A stretch of DNA of 64,000 bases, from the NCBI RefSeq assembly GCF_021028975.2, contig NC_059437.1, positions 33,852,001 to 33,916,000 on the forward strand. Reading direction: 5' to 3'. Below are positions 63,985 to 64,000 of the stretch, in pieces. A program made the translations under genes and the position numbers. Source of the stretch: Sphaerodactylus townsendi. Taxonomy: Eukaryota. The notes below the pieces were generated by a model. It saw only the letters and a program-made list of their open reading frames with translations. It was not told the origin of the DNA and made no database searches. Positions within the stretch are counted from its first letter, which is position 1; the number at the start of each line of letters is the position of its first letter.

Positions 63985-64000
63985 GTAAGTACCTACCTGT

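Overview
Vertebrate genomic DNA, most likely a squamate reptile and probably a gecko (inferred from Sauria/Squam-type SINEs, L2/CR1 LINEs, Penelope fragments and SPIN/OC1-like hAT MITEs). I reconstructed four spliced protein-coding genes exon by exon. (1) DERL3, minus strand, 7 coding exons, 243 aa, with two U12-type introns. (2) A full-length olfactory CNG channel gene, CNGA2, plus strand, 6 coding exons, 662 aa. (3) SLC2A11/GLUT11, plus strand, 12 coding exons, 502 aa, with one GC-AG intron. (4) A strongly divergent tandem SLC2A11-like paralogue, plus strand, exons 1-9, running off the window end. The main surprises are as follows. CNGA2 sits between DERL3 and SLC2A11, which are direct neighbours in human. 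It carries radical substitutions at normally invariant C-linker/CNBD residues, one equivalent to the CNGA3 R427C achromatopsia allele. It is preceded by a rearranged tandem array that multiplies Olf-1/EBF-like motifs. The second GLUT has a rebuilt substrate pocket, including a Lys at the GLUT1 I168-equivalent position. Nearly all other ORF-track entries are spurious or repeat-derived. All family assignments and residue equivalences come from recalled reference sequences, not from database searches.
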